In this document: positions 11,569 through 23,974 of the stretch, piece by piece
Layout: the number at the start of each line of letters is the position of its first letter
Numbering within the stretch: the stretch's first letter is position 1
From: Asterionella formosa
Lineage: Eukaryota
Length of the DNA stretch: 62,954 nucleotides
Assembly (NCBI GenBank): GCA_002256025.1
Contig: NKIB01013182.1
Location: 1-62,954, forward strand
Reading direction: 5' to 3'
Position numbers and translations under genes: made by a program
The notes under the pieces: generated by a model
What the model saw: only the letters and a program-made list of their open reading frames with translations
Told to the model about the DNA's origin: nothing
The model's database searches: none

Positions 11569-13617
11569 TTACAGCAAGGATGATTGATCCACAGTACTTT
11601 GACGATCAGCACGTGCCAATCGCCGTCGTTGTTTGGCACTTTCGGTAAAGTAGTAGTATACACCAACCACGACAATACCAAATGCAAAAATAATTGATGC
11701 TGGTCCAGACTCCGTCCCTTTGTTAGTGTTGATAAAATCAGCTACCATCAAGATGTAATCAAATGTCCCATGCAGAACAATGGCAGGGAACAGGGCTCGA
11801 CCTAGTTCAGAATTGCGTGACTTTTCCACATCTCGCTTCACAATGCCTATTGATTGAATAGCAGCACAAATGGGATGAACAGGAAAGATCATGCGAGCAA
11901 TCAAGACAGACGTTTCCATAGTGACAGAGTGGTCATTGTATAGAAAAATGTACAGCAAGTTCTCGCAACACGCAAAACCAAGTGCCACTGCCACCATGGT
12001 GACAGTGATCATAGCGCCTCGGACCGTTCGTGGACGGTCTTGGATTTCTGTGGGAATATCTTGTAGGATCGATAGTGCATCATGCTTTTGCTGGGTGTTT
12101 CGTCGATTCTGGAGTTCCTCTTGAGATAACCAAATGGCTCCTTCCAACTCAGATCGATCCCAAAAATCAGGATGGTCTGATACCATTCTAAAACCAAGAT
12201 ACCGAACAAGCTCTTCTATGAGGGCAGCTAAACAATAAGCTGCCAAGAGAAGATACAGGGCATACAAAAATGGATGATCCTGACTAAACACATCCAAATA
12301 ATCCCTACGGGTGGCAGAAGCCATGGCGAACCCTCCCGGCAAGCGAAATGAATTGAATTGTGAGTACCCGTCAGTAATGACTGACACTTGAACTCCTGTC
12401 ATGGCCAACATTACATCCATCAGAATTCGCAATGCCACACCAATCACGGTTTCCCAACAAATCGCCAGGGTTGTGCTCAAAAAGAATCCACAACTAAAGG
12501 CCTTGACAATCAAGTCAAAACTGACATCATGTCTGTACCAAATCCAGTGCACAAAACCCATAAAGACAAAGGCATGCAGAAAGGCTCCGAAGCACACCAG
12601 CACATGACCGTATGAAAATTTCAGATACGTTGTCAGTGCAATCATCACAATGAAGAAAACGAGCCATGCTTGCAATAGATGTATGGAAAGTTGGGAGAGT
12701 GTGAAGCATATTTCTCGTGCCATTCGTTTTCTCAAAATTGTGGGATAGTACATGGCCCAACTTTGCATTGTGATATAATCAATTCTGCGTCCATCACGTT
12801 CCATGATTGCTTCCAGTTCGCGAGCTTCTTGAGCAATCCCACACATGCCACATATTTGTAAATAACAGCCACATAATTTGCCACAACATAATTGTGTATA
12901 GAATCTCCACAGACATCCCATGAGGTCTCTTGGTGCCACATCAGGCAGTTCTTTCGGTTTGTCTTGTCTATAGCAGCCCATAAAGGCATGCACGCACATG
13001 ATATCCATATTCGATTGTCCTTGCATGTATACAGCCTCGTCGTCATTGTCGTCCGGCGTTTTCCCAGTCCTGAACCCATACGATCTCCACAACAGTTCTT
13101 GTCTAATTCCCGAGCGTTTCCAGCGTCCTTTGCAACATTGCATGACAAGAAAGACACACATGAGCGCCACCAATACAGTCGAGACCAATTGGTTGTAATA
13201 ACTATCTGAAATATTGGTGGCTGCCACACAGGCACAAGTGAACAAAAAAACGGGTAGGACAATATGATATGAAAAATGTAACAGGATCCGTCGAATACAG
13301 GAAGGGGGAGGAATTCCTGTAATTATATATCTGTCGCGGTCTGACTGCAAAATGCCACAGCAAACCAAGGAGCAAGTGTCTGTGCGCTCGCTGGATTTGG
13401 AAACATATTGATGCGATATTGAGGACGAAAAGCCTCTGTACATTGGTTTCAATGGGTCAACCTCTAAAGTTAGAGAGGGATAGTCTTGCTGTTGTTGTTG
13501 CTGCTGCTGTTGTTGATGTTCCTGTTGTGGTGGCTCAACTCGTGGCTGCTGAGTGATGCTCTTTTGCGACGACAGAACTGTGACAAGGGTTTTGAAACGA
13601 TTCATTATTCGGCTCAT
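11569..13617 (-). CDS. PrsW-family (M82) intramembrane protease with N-terminal PLAC8-like Cys-rich region
   Basis: PrsW motifs AALIEELVR (EExxK-like), GFACCEN (FxxxE), VHPIC and LHGTFD (HxxxD) within multiple TM helices. N-terminal CSLVCCG...RSGIRQ...CCGKLCGC..CGMCGIAQEARELE is PLAC8-like. Confidence 0.8.
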   Translation of the reverse strand: MSRIMNRFKTLVTVLSSQKSITQQPRVEPPQQEHQQQQQQQQQQDYPSLTLEVDPLKPMYRGFSSSISHQYVSKSSERTDTCSLVCCGILQSDRDRYIITGIPPPSCIRRILLHFSYHIVLPVFLFTCACVAATNISDSYYNQLVSTVLVALMCVFLVMQCCKGRWKRSGIRQELLWRSYGFRTGKTPDDNDDEAVYMQGQSNMDIMCVHAFMGCYRQDKPKELPDVAPRDLMGCLWRFYTQLCCGKLCGCYLQICGMCGIAQEARELEAIMERDGRRIDYITMQSWAMYYPTILRKRMAREICFTLSQLSIHLLQAWLVFFIVMIALTTYLKFSYGHVLVCFGAFLHAFVFMGFVHWIWYRHDVSFDLIVKAFSCGFFLSTTLAICWETVIGVALRILMDVMLAMTGVQVSVITDGYSQFNSFRLPGGFAMASATRRDYLDVFSQDHPFLYALYLLLAAYCLAALIEELVRYLGFRMVSDHPDFWDRSELEGAIWLSQEELQNRRNTQQKHDALSILQDIPTEIQDRPRTVRGAMITVTMVAVALGFACCENLLYIFLYNDHSVTMETSVLIARMIFPVHPICAAIQSIGIVKRDVEKSRNSELGRALFPAIVLHGTFDYILMVADFINTNKGTESGPASIIFAFGIVVVGVYYYFTESAKQRRRLARADRQSTVDQSSLL

Positions 13618-14407
13618 TTATTGGCCGTCCTGGCTGGAATTAGAACAGTTCTATATGGAGGATATGGGATCTTAAGGGTGCTGCTGATGAATATATCGTT
13701 GTGTATCTCAACTTCCAAATCCTCTGTTTGTAGTGTGATTGGAACGTCGAGTTGAACACCGGCCGCTATCAAATAATTATTTAATTTTTGATAATGGCAG
13801 GAGGATGCTCCAACAAAATATGAGCATTGAGAGTACTGGTACCAGGTAGAGTAGCAGGTACCTGGGACCTGATCTGGTTGGTACTGGTATCACCAAGGTA
13901 ATAAAGGCGGGAGGATTTCTGGACCTTTCTTGAATATATATACACACGAATATATATAAACATTTTTTGATTTATCTTTCTTAACAGTATATTGCATATT
14001 ACTAGCGGTAGTTCCACTACTCCTGTTAGGATATGCCGGTACTCGTACCAGTACCCTTCTGCATGCTGTGTTAGTTAACATCCTGGTACAAAATTGAAAT
14101 AAACTGTACGATTATACATACCTGCATGCCCCGTAATTGCCGGCCTGCGCGTGTGGCATTGCAATTGCTCCTGATTTTACATAAAGTTACATGCATGGTA
14201 TTCTACATGCATTTAGGTTCGAGGATAAACCGGAATGTGAGCACCGGGTACCTGTATTGTTAAAGATCTGCTCTACTGGTCTCAAGTCACACCAAATCAC
14301 ATCGTGATTTGATGTACATAGGATACTACTGGTAACATGTCTCGTCGTCACTTCTTTGCCATACTACCACTACAACTTGACTACCTGATACGACTCCTAC
14401 TCCTGAC

Positions 14408-15337
14408 ATGATTAGCATTGTTAGCATTTGCAGTCCAAGTACAACTACAAGAAGGGCTCTGCCATTCCTCGTCTTGATGATTGCAACAACAACACCATTG
14501 GTCTTGTCATTTTTTTCCTATCCTTATTATCATGGAAGCCAGTTTCCTTCTAGTGCTACTTTAGAATTGACGACAAGAAGAACGACAACGATTCTCAATC
14601 AACAAATTCCATCGACAGATTCTTGGTACACCACGCAATCATCACTTCCTTTTGAATGTACATCTTGTGGTAAATGTTGTCAAACCAAGGGGAGTGTTTG
14701 GATGTCTCCACAGGATGTACGTCAAGCAAGTGATTGGTTACAGATGGAAGAATCAACTTTTATTTCCAGATATGCATCACATACACTTGATCCAACCAGG
14801 ACGAATCAACTTACTACTACTACCACTGCTACCACTGCTACTAGTACTGCTACCACCACTAATAGCAATACCAGTCCATGGGTTCGATTACGAAATAATT
14901 CACAAGAGCATTGTATTTTTTTAACTATTGACAAAAAATGTCAAATATACCCAGTCCGGCCTATACAATGTAAAACATATCCATTTTGGACAAATGTCAT
15001 GTCATCCAAACAAAGTTGGAATGACGAAGTGAGATTACCGTATGATGATGACGATACCACTAGTACTACTACTAATAGTAATGACGATCTATCTCCTATT
15101 CCATATTGGACCAGTGATATGGGTGGATGTGAAGGAATGACTGAAATAGTGACACCATGGTCAACACCAAGATCAGTATCATCAAATGTCATCACCAGTA
15201 CTACTGCTGGTGTTGATCCAAGCATTGTTCTACAACAATTGATTTTGTATGAACAAAATGAACAACAATTTCCTAACCATGGGACAGTGGAAGCTATAGG
15301 AGATACGACTGAAAGTTGTTGGGATGACGACGAATAA
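14408..15337 (+). CDS. YkgJ-family cysteine-cluster (CxxCxxCC) protein, probably plastid-targeted; paralog 2
   Basis: FECTSCGKCCQTKG, HCIFL..KCQIYPVRPIQCKTYPFW and GGCEGM; signal-like N-terminus ending VLS-F. Confidence 0.85.
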   Translation: MISIVSICSPSTTTRRALPFLVLMIATTTPLVLSFFSYPYYHGSQFPSSATLELTTRRTTTILNQQIPSTDSWYTTQSSLPFECTSCGKCCQTKGSVWMSPQDVRQASDWLQMEESTFISRYASHTLDPTRTNQLTTTTTATTATSTATTTNSNTSPWVRLRNNSQEHCIFLTIDKKCQIYPVRPIQCKTYPFWTNVMSSKQSWNDEVRLPYDDDDTTSTTTNSNDDLSPIPYWTSDMGGCEGMTEIVTPWSTPRSVSSNVITSTTAGVDPSIVLQQLILYEQNEQQFPNHGTVEAIGDTTESCWDDDE

Positions 15338-16027
15338 TGTCACCCATGCTCGTGTTTGGGTCCATTCTAATTCTTGTGTTTTTTTTAAACCATTTGAGAC
15401 ACAACGCAACAGTGTATCACAAACTTTGCATATTTATGTACACAATGCCCATTTAAATATTATACTACCCTGGTACCTTTTTACATCGCATATGGTATAC
15501 CATACTCGTATTGTCTTATTGCACATCTATTCAAACCAAATACCGTACATTAAAAAACAATCCAATTGGATTTTCAATTAATACCATATCTTAACTTGGG
15601 CGTTGATCGAACCTATACTAGATTATGTGAATAAAATGTAAGGGAGATTGGAATATTTACATGACTGTGTCTCTGTGTTTAGCAGTAGATACATCAGTAC
15701 TTTCTCCATGGAAAGTAACAGTGTAAGTACCGTGTTATGATGATGATGATGATGATGATGTGTCATTTACTTAGTTTTGCCGGCCTTGGAGTTGAAAGCA
15801 GTAAGATTAAGGCGGCATAGGACAAACCTAATATAGCATGAAAGAAGGATAGCGTGCAAGGATAGTTGTGATTGAGACAATTTTGTGTGTGTGTGTGTTT
15901 GAAATGATAACATTGAGGTTGCGTATTGCATTTATACACTGACAAGGTCCTGTTGTTTGGGGCTGAGGGTAGTAAAGAGGTTGACAATTAAATTGAAGAA
16001 CAGTCTGCGAAGAAAGGGTAAGAAATG

Positions 16028-19000
16028 TTACAGCAGCTCACTACCGAACTGTCGTGATAGAGGGGGAGGAGAGAAACTGTTTAGTTCGTTCACGCATTGC
16101 AATTGTCTCCTCGATAAAAACTACGCTCAACTTACTCGTCGTTCGACAGACATGACAGATCGGACTTGCCCCAATTCGTCCATCAAACGTTGAAGGTGAC
16201 TCAACGAGTGCACTCGGACCAAGAACACCAATGTAGCGTGTTCTTGACTGGTCAACGAACCGGTTTTCATGATTTCGCAGTTTTCAGAAACGATTTCCGA
16301 ACAGTCGGCAAGGAGTAGCTTGCGATCTGAAGCTACTACAGCTACTTCGCAGGTGAAGTGTATTCTATCCACATCAGTATACTCAGACCACAAGAGTTTG
16401 ACTGGCAACTCCTCCTGAGGCGGAGTTGCACGGTTGGAAAATCGATTACCTTTCATAAGTCGAAGGGTGATACTATCGATTCGAGCTTGCATTGGGTTAA
16501 GAACTCCTTTCGGAATTCTAGCCTTGGCCGATGCAGCATTCAATGCGCGTTGAGCACGAGGACAGCCAACGCGGTGGACAACTGCGGTGCTGTCTCCGTT
16601 CACAGGTCGAGTACCGACGATTTCGTCGCCGTGAACCGGAAGACAGTCGGGACAAATATGCTCAGGGTCAGCATGCTCTACTGAAGAATTATCATCTCGA
16701 TTCAAAGAGAAGCGCTTCTGTCCGGCATCAACATCGGCCTTGGAGGTGACATTTTCCCTGACATTCTCTGTCACAGAAACATCCTCAGAATCTTCTGTAC
16801 CTTTGATAACGGCTGCAGCATCGAGAGCCTCTTGACGAATTACGTGAACAGCAGCAACCACACTGTTGGGTATCCCCGATTTGCGATTCGATTCAGCAGT
16901 TGCCAAGACCGATTGAGGTACATGAAAGATCTTTGCCATGGCATTGTGCAAAAATGATCGGTCGTGGCGCTTTCCAATGTCCGTAAGTAGCTCGTCAATA
17001 TCATCATACCGACCCTTACCAGGCAAAAAGGTTCGGAATTCATCAATATTCGTTGGTATTGTGAATTCATGATATAGATACGAGGACTTCTCAATCAATT
17101 GGCCATGCATCCTGAGGTAGTCCAGCACTAAAATTACGCCAGCTTCTCGGAGACTCTCCTTTTGCTTCATCCTAAAGTAGGCTCGTAACTTGGACCTTGT
17201 CGACCGGATTTTGGCATATCTCATCCAGTCTGTAGCAGGTTTCCCCCCTCCCGTCAAAACAGAAACGACGTCACCATTGTTCAATTCATATGAAAATGGA
17301 ACAGGCTTGCCATTGATTTCTACTCCATGCATGTTAAGGCCAATATCGGTGTGAATCTGAAACGCTGCATCGATCGCGGTCGCACCTCGGGCTAAATTGA
17401 GAATCTTACCGTTCCGTAAAAAGACAAAGACTCTCTTGCCGAGTAACTCTCGGCGGACACTATCCACAAAGTCTCGAGAGTTGATAAAGTCATGCTGCCA
17501 TTCTTTGATACTCGACAACCAGGGGGTTATAAACAAATCCTCATTAGGACCTGATGTAGACGACGATTTGCGTTTCTTTCTGTCTGAATAGGCCCAGTGC
17601 GACGCCATGCCATATTCAGCTACTTGGTGCATTGAGGATGTGCGAATTTGAACTTCAATGGTTTGTCCATTCCACATGAGCGCGGTATGCAATGATTGAT
17701 ATCCGTTTGGCTTGGGAAATGAAATATAGTCCTTGACTCGGGTAGGGACAGGCTGAAATCCCGGCAAATGTTGGACGAGTCCAAGAACATGATAACACAA
17801 CCACACACCACGGTCGGCTGGTGGTTCTGCTTCGTCCAATAGTCGTTCCATTTCCTTGGGCTTAATAATAACACGAAGGGCCACCACATCAACAATATGA
17901 TCCAAATTCTGTTCCTCTCTGATTTCCATCTTGTGCCAAAGTGAGTAAATTTCTTTCGTTCTACCATACACCTGAATGTCGGCTACTTGCTCTCGTAGTG
18001 TTGGGTCACTAGCTAGTGTAGTACGCATAATTTCCTGCGATTTGTCGAGTGTCTCTCTAAATTTCGATTGATGAAGTCGTAACTTCCGATTCAGACTCTT
18101 GTATTCCTGTGGATAGAGGTACATAAAGGCAATATCTTCCAACTCTGACTTGAATTGCCAAATCCCCATACGATGTGCCAGTGGAGCAAATATATCTAGA
18201 GTTTCTCTCGAAATTTTAATTTGTTTTTCCGGTTTCATATGTCGCAACGTCCTCATGTTGTGTAGGCGATCTGCCAGTTTCACAATAATGATGCGATAAT
18301 CATCAGTCATGGCCACAAACATTTGTCGCAAATTTTCTGCTTGCTCATCTGCGTAGTCACTAAAGGCCAATTTTGGCAATTTCGACACCTTTGTTTCTCC
18401 TTCGACAATCGACCGTACCACTTGTCCAAAAATCCCTTCCACTTGTGCAAATGTCAAGTCCGTGTCTTCTACGGTATCATGTAAGAGTCCCGCCATGATG
18501 GTTTCGGAATCCATCTTTAGGCCAGACAATAGCAATGCCACTTCGACAGGATGAATGATATATGGATCACCACTTTTTCGCATTTGTCCTCGGTGAGCTC
18601 GATATGCAACTCTTAATGCCCGGTATATTTTGCAGACATTTTCCGTACCCAGATAGGACACTGTAGGAAGGAGTCGATCCCAATAGACGTCCACTTGTTG
18701 GATGTCATATTCACTCATGTCTTTCAAGTCTTGATAAATCTTTTCCACGTTATGATCATCGTCCATTAAGAAATTTTTGGACATTATGTTTGTCCACTTG
18801 TTCACTTCTGGTGCAGTAGGAGACGAATCGGTGTAGTACGTAACAGCAGCAGCCGCAGCAACAGCGGGAGGAACTTGCGTAATTTCCGAGGGTGGTTGTG
18901 AGTAGGAGTGGTATTCCATGTTGGGAGCCCCGTTCGTAATAGTAGAGGAGATCCGTTTTTCTCCGTTTGCAATAAAAGTAGAAGCAGTAGCTCCATTCAT

Positions 19001-19327
19001 TGTGGCGATCGCGCCGTTAATGAGTGTTTGATTGTTTCCTGCATCAGCCTTGGAGTTGTAATCTGAATCAAACAGAGCCAACCGTCGATCATGTGTTCTG
19101 CCTTTTGAAGTAATAGCAGGGACAAATCCCAGTGTTTCTCGGTAGGCGCATGCGAGCAGGACAACAAGAAGAGTACCGGTGGTTGCGCTGTTACGCCATT
19201 GTATCGTCCTTCTCCTTGTTCGAATAGCGCATCTTGCAGAATCGTTTCTGAAACAAATGTTAGGACTGAAATTGATACAACAGTCTTCTTTCCTGCCACC
19301 AATTGATGCTCGCTCCTTCTCTTGCAT
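16028..19327 (-). CDS. RSH: Long RelA/SpoT homolog (RSH), bifunctional (p)ppGpp synthetase/hydrolase, plastid-targeted
   Basis: HD hydrolase (PYIIHP, LLHDTVED, KLADRLHNMRTL); synthetase (GRTKEIYS, RVKDYISFPKPNGYQSLHT, EVQIRT); TGS (DAAFQIHTDIG); zinc-finger-like CPDCLPVHGDEIVG..HRVGC; ACT. Signal-like LLVVLLACAYRETLG-F. A final intron at 16135-16049 (GTAAGT...CAG) joins VERR to FGSELL* (16048-16028). Confidence 0.93.
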
Positions 19328-21569
19328 ATTCGTCTATGTAAGTTACGAACGACGAGCTTTGGGTTTGTATTGCTGTTGCGAGCAAGAAGGAATGGGTCTA
19401 TGTAATAGCGATAATGATGAATATTTGTGTTCCTCGGATGGGTCCTCTTTTTTTCGGCTTGAGCTGTGAATGCCGGTATATCCAAGGGAACAAACGAATG
19501 TAAAAACCGGTATCGGTATTCTGTGCGTAAATATTTGTATGTACCGTTTGACCAAAAGTTACGTCACTCAGGATCGTCGTGAAAATTGAAAACGGGCCTA
19601 AAACAAAGAGAAACTATCAAAATCCCGTCACGACAGAACCAACCGCTTGTGTCACCAAAAAGCTGTCAATAAAAGACCGAGCTATCCACGAAAGTACACA
19701 AAAAGGATAGATAGTCAGCCCTCTCGTTTCCTGGGAATCAATTGAAACAAGCACAAGCAGCGGACGAGGTCAATCAAAGCAAGCTGTCGTTTCAAGAAAA
19801 ATCGAGATGAGATGATAGACATTTGTCGTTGCCTTTTTTTGTATCGTTTCTGTCAAACCAAGCTCGAAACGACTCAAATGATAGTAATGCTACATAGGGG
19901 CGAATGGCCAACGCGGCGAAAAGAAATAGAGAGAAGCATTCTTCGTGTCAAGAATTAGGAGGCTCATCAGTAGGCAGGTAAATACCGGTTTTGTTCAGTA
20001 TTTTAAGTCAGGGAGTACGTTCTCTGCCTTCTCGCTAGAAGGTTATCGTATCTGACTGGTACCTGGTACTTGTACTCTGGTACAATTCCTGATACCAAGT
20101 ACTATACCACATGTATGGTGTTCTAGATACCAATTACTATACTGCATGTATGGAGTTCTAGATGGTACATCCTATACTTGCGGATGTACCAAGAATAGTA
20201 ACAACTGAAGAATGCTTCCTCAACGATCAACGCGGGCCTCGCTTGCTCTATTGACGTCATAACTGCCTGTACATACTAATGTTTCCGTGTGCTGTGCTCC
20301 CAGCTCATAAAAATTGAGAATATACACATGCATTTTTGAAACAGAAAATATGTGAAAAGCATGGATAACTGAATATAATTATTGCCATTAACACATGCAA
20401 ACAATGCACCTATGTCTTCAAAAATTTCCAGTTTTCCGGGTTTGTTATACTAGTTTCTCTGAGTTTTTTAACGATGCTTATCAACAAAACCCAATAGTAC
20501 GCTCCAAGTAAATATTCATGGTAACCATTGGTCAATCACATTTTTTGTTATTGAAATGTGATTGATTTGTTACGACCCCTAAAAATCAATCAAGACACAT
20601 GACAAAAAACCATGGTGGTAACTTTCAAGACCATGATGGATCTAAAAACAACCTTTAAAGGGTTCATTGGAGACTTTGCATGACTGTTACAGTAAATGGG
20701 TGAGTTAGGGACCAGAATTTACTAGTTTCATTATATATTTTTAATTAATCATGGTTTATCATGATGTCATATTTGCTAGAAAAGCTGTACTATTTCTTGT
20801 CGAAAATCAATCAAACAATCAAATCACCATTGAAGTAACAATGTAAAGGAGTAGAATTTTTCATGCTAACAATATATTTCCTTATGAATTCATAGATGTG
20901 ATTATCATTATGCCTTGTGCTGTTGTGTTGGTTCTTGGGTAGTGAGATCTTCCAGTACCATTGTGGTTGTTGGTTGTTGTGGTGGGCGCCTGTGCGTTGT
21001 TTTGAAAACAGCTAGTCTTGTGCTTGATTTTGTAAATGACATTGCTGTTGCAGCACTAATTCTGCCTTTTGTTGGCTGGTTCTTGGCAGTGAGATCGGCC
21101 AGTATTGTTATCACTATGGTGCTTGTATGATTGTTAGTTGTTGTGGGTGCTTGTGTGGAGGAATAAAAATAATTCGTTGCTGATGTGGCGCTTGTTTTAT
21201 GATAGTATTTGATCCTTTGGGGGCTGACATTTCCATTGCAGAAGTGGGTCCAGAAGCTGCATTCAATTACAGACAACTCTTGTTCGATTTATTTCTGTTA
21301 GTAATTAGTAGCACTGCCTCATGGAATGACATTAATGTATATCGAGGTCAACAGCACTGTGGAATAGTGGAGCAAAAAAGCCCAGTTAGCAATCATGATA
21401 GAGTAATTGCTGATTGAATCAAGCTTATCAAGCTCTCATCATTGCGATATTCCTGTTTTGTATATATGTGTACTAGCTTCCTCATGATGAAACTACTTCT
21501 ACATGCTGTTTTTACGTGAAAACATCATACCAGACCTTAAAGTCCAAAAAACTTTGCAATTTTCAACTT

Positions 21570-21668
21570 CTTTGTCTCTCAGCCAACCCTGGTCACATTT
21601 CAGATTAGCTTAAGTTTGAATGCAAGCTTAAGTTTGAAATGTGACCAGGATTAGCAGGGAAATAAAGG
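21570..21668. repeat. Imperfect inverted repeat (~33-bp arms) enclosing a short direct repeat
   Basis: cctggtcacatttca (ending 21602) pairs perfectly with tgaaatgtgaccagg (starting 21635), with imperfect extension outward; the loop contains agcttaagtttgaa twice. Confidence 0.7.
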
Positions 21669-22189
21669 ATATCGATTTCCGACCAACCCCTAGTAATGTA
21701 CTTTCTCTTGATCGAAGCGACTGACAAAATAAATTTGGCTGTAAACAATGAGAAGAACTTAGAATTCTTTTTACCACCAAAATCAATTGCCCTTTAAGTC
21801 ACATCTAGTTTTTATCACATTATGTTGCAAGTGAAATAATTGAATAATTTGTAACATTTGAACATTGAACAACCCTTTTCTTCAACACCATGAACAACAA
21901 TATTCCTAAAGAAATTCATCTCTTATTTTTCCTTTATGTTGGTCCAAAATAATTAATAATGCCATGCCTTCATGTACATAGTAATGGTCTTTGATCCTTC
22001 CACCAACTACACCTGCCCATCTAGTTGACTACCATGATCCACCTTGAAACTAGATAGAAATCATGGCATTGGAAACACATCATAAGCAAAACTTGCACAA
22101 ATTAGCTATCAAATCGTAAATTGCAATAGTTTAAGATTTCCCATTCAATAATCACCACCTTACAACAGATATGCACATTCACATTGTGA

Positions 22190-23341
22190 TTACCTTCCAC
22201 CTTGACGCCCTGGCGTACCCGGGCGTGCTTGATGAATGTTGGCACCTCTCTGCTGTGCGGCACTGGCAGGTTTCAAGATTTGGAATGAGCACATGAGTGT
22301 ATCATCGACTGTCATCATGGCCCCCGCGTTATCGAATTCCCCACAATAATTAGGAGCGGAGAAGACAGTTACCAATTCTCGCCCAGCAAAGAATTCATAC
22401 CCATCTTCCACCACTTGATGAGCACGAACAACCAGATCAAGATCATGCCGACGTAGGAATTGACGAACCACGTCACCACCAAAGGTAAAGGAGACACCAC
22501 GGTCATTTTCACCCCAACCCTAATGTGGATTAAGAACGAGCTGGTTAGCAAGAATGGGCAAATATGAAACGGTGAATGCGTGAGAACTTACGGTAATACT
22601 CGGATCCGGATCAGCCCAAAGAATATCACAAAGCAACCCAGTATCGGGAACATCACAAGGACGTTGAATGTTAGCAATTTGTTCCATCTGACTCAATTCA
22701 GGCGACAAGCCACCATGCATACAAATAATTTTATCGTCAATGACAGCACAGCACGGAAGGCAGTTGAAAGTGTTGCAAAATTGCTTCCACATTTTGACTG
22801 AGAATCGACGACGGCATTCATCGTAAAATCCGTAGATTCTGTTAATTCCCGCGCACTCGTGGTTTCCTCTGAGGAGGAAGAAATTCTCGGGGTATTTGAT
22901 CTTGTAGGCGAACAGGAGACATACAACTTCCAAGGATTGCTTGCCACGGTCCACGTAATCTCCAAGGAACAGGTAGTTGGCCTAGGTTGATAAAAACAGG
23001 GAGGGGGATGAGCATGTGCTACTGCTAGCTAGGGTGCGTGTCCTAGCGTGGTGTCCTGCCGTAAAACTCACCTCTGGGGGGAATCCCCCGTACTCAAACA
23101 GTCTCAGCAAGTCCGTGTATTGTCCATGCACATCTCCGCATATCTTAATGGGCGCTCCGAGCTCCAACAGCATGGGCTGCGACAGAAACACCTCTCGCGC
23201 CTGATTGCACAACGTCGTCGCGTCTTGCACGGAGATCTCCACAGGCGTGCCTGGCTTCTTATTCCGAGCCTGCAACAGCTGGTCGATCATGCCGTCTATC
23301 CAGGAATCATCTTGCGGCGCGGCGCCTACTTGTCTCATCAT
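22190..23341 (-). CDS. PP1: Serine/threonine protein phosphatase PP1 catalytic subunit, 3 exons
   Basis: [32 protein letters not shown]. Exons 23341-23072, 22981-22592 and 22519-22190; introns GTGAGT..CTAG (90 nt) and GTAAGT..TTAG (72 nt) restore one frame. Confidence 0.96.
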
Positions 23342-23974
23342 TTTGATAGCGCTGGTATTTTTGACTTTTTGCTGCTGGGCCAGACGGCGGACGTACGGAC
23401 GGACAGACAGACAGGACATTGGTCAGCATTTTTGGCAAGGCGAGAATTTGATACCTCCGGCATCGCTCGTTCGCGTGCTTCTGCGGAACCGTTTGCATCG
23501 GCTGCGGTGCATCTCCAAACTCTATGCTTCGGGGAAAACCATCGCTGCAACAGGATGTGGACTTACCCTTTCAATGGAATGACAATTCTTTAACAATAAC
23601 TTGCTTGGGCCAAATGTTCAAACTGCTTGCTTTTTGTTCCTCACTTTTGTGGCGACCAGTGAACCGGGCCATTATACTGCACCCTCACGTAGAACGCTGT
23701 TCGGCGATGACCTCACATAAGGGGCCATGCAGGTGTGACTTGCGAGCTCCGCGCTCTCTAACGTCCGGCCGGTCTGTTTTCAGTAGCAGGATTGAAGTGA
23801 CAAGTGATGGATGGATCTGATCGGTGGTATCCAATGAGGTTCACGATAATATACACTACTTATTCATATCTGTATAGATCATGAACAACCATTTCCAAGT
23901 GTCATCATTCATTGAGATTTGCGGTCAGTAAAGGTTCTCGAATCAATTTTTCTTCCGGCCCTACAAACTCGGCC

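Noticed and set aside
20908..21276. 122-aa Thr/Gln-rich ORF
   Set aside because: Non-ATG start, low complexity, and located in a CpG-poor relic region; not supportable as a gene.
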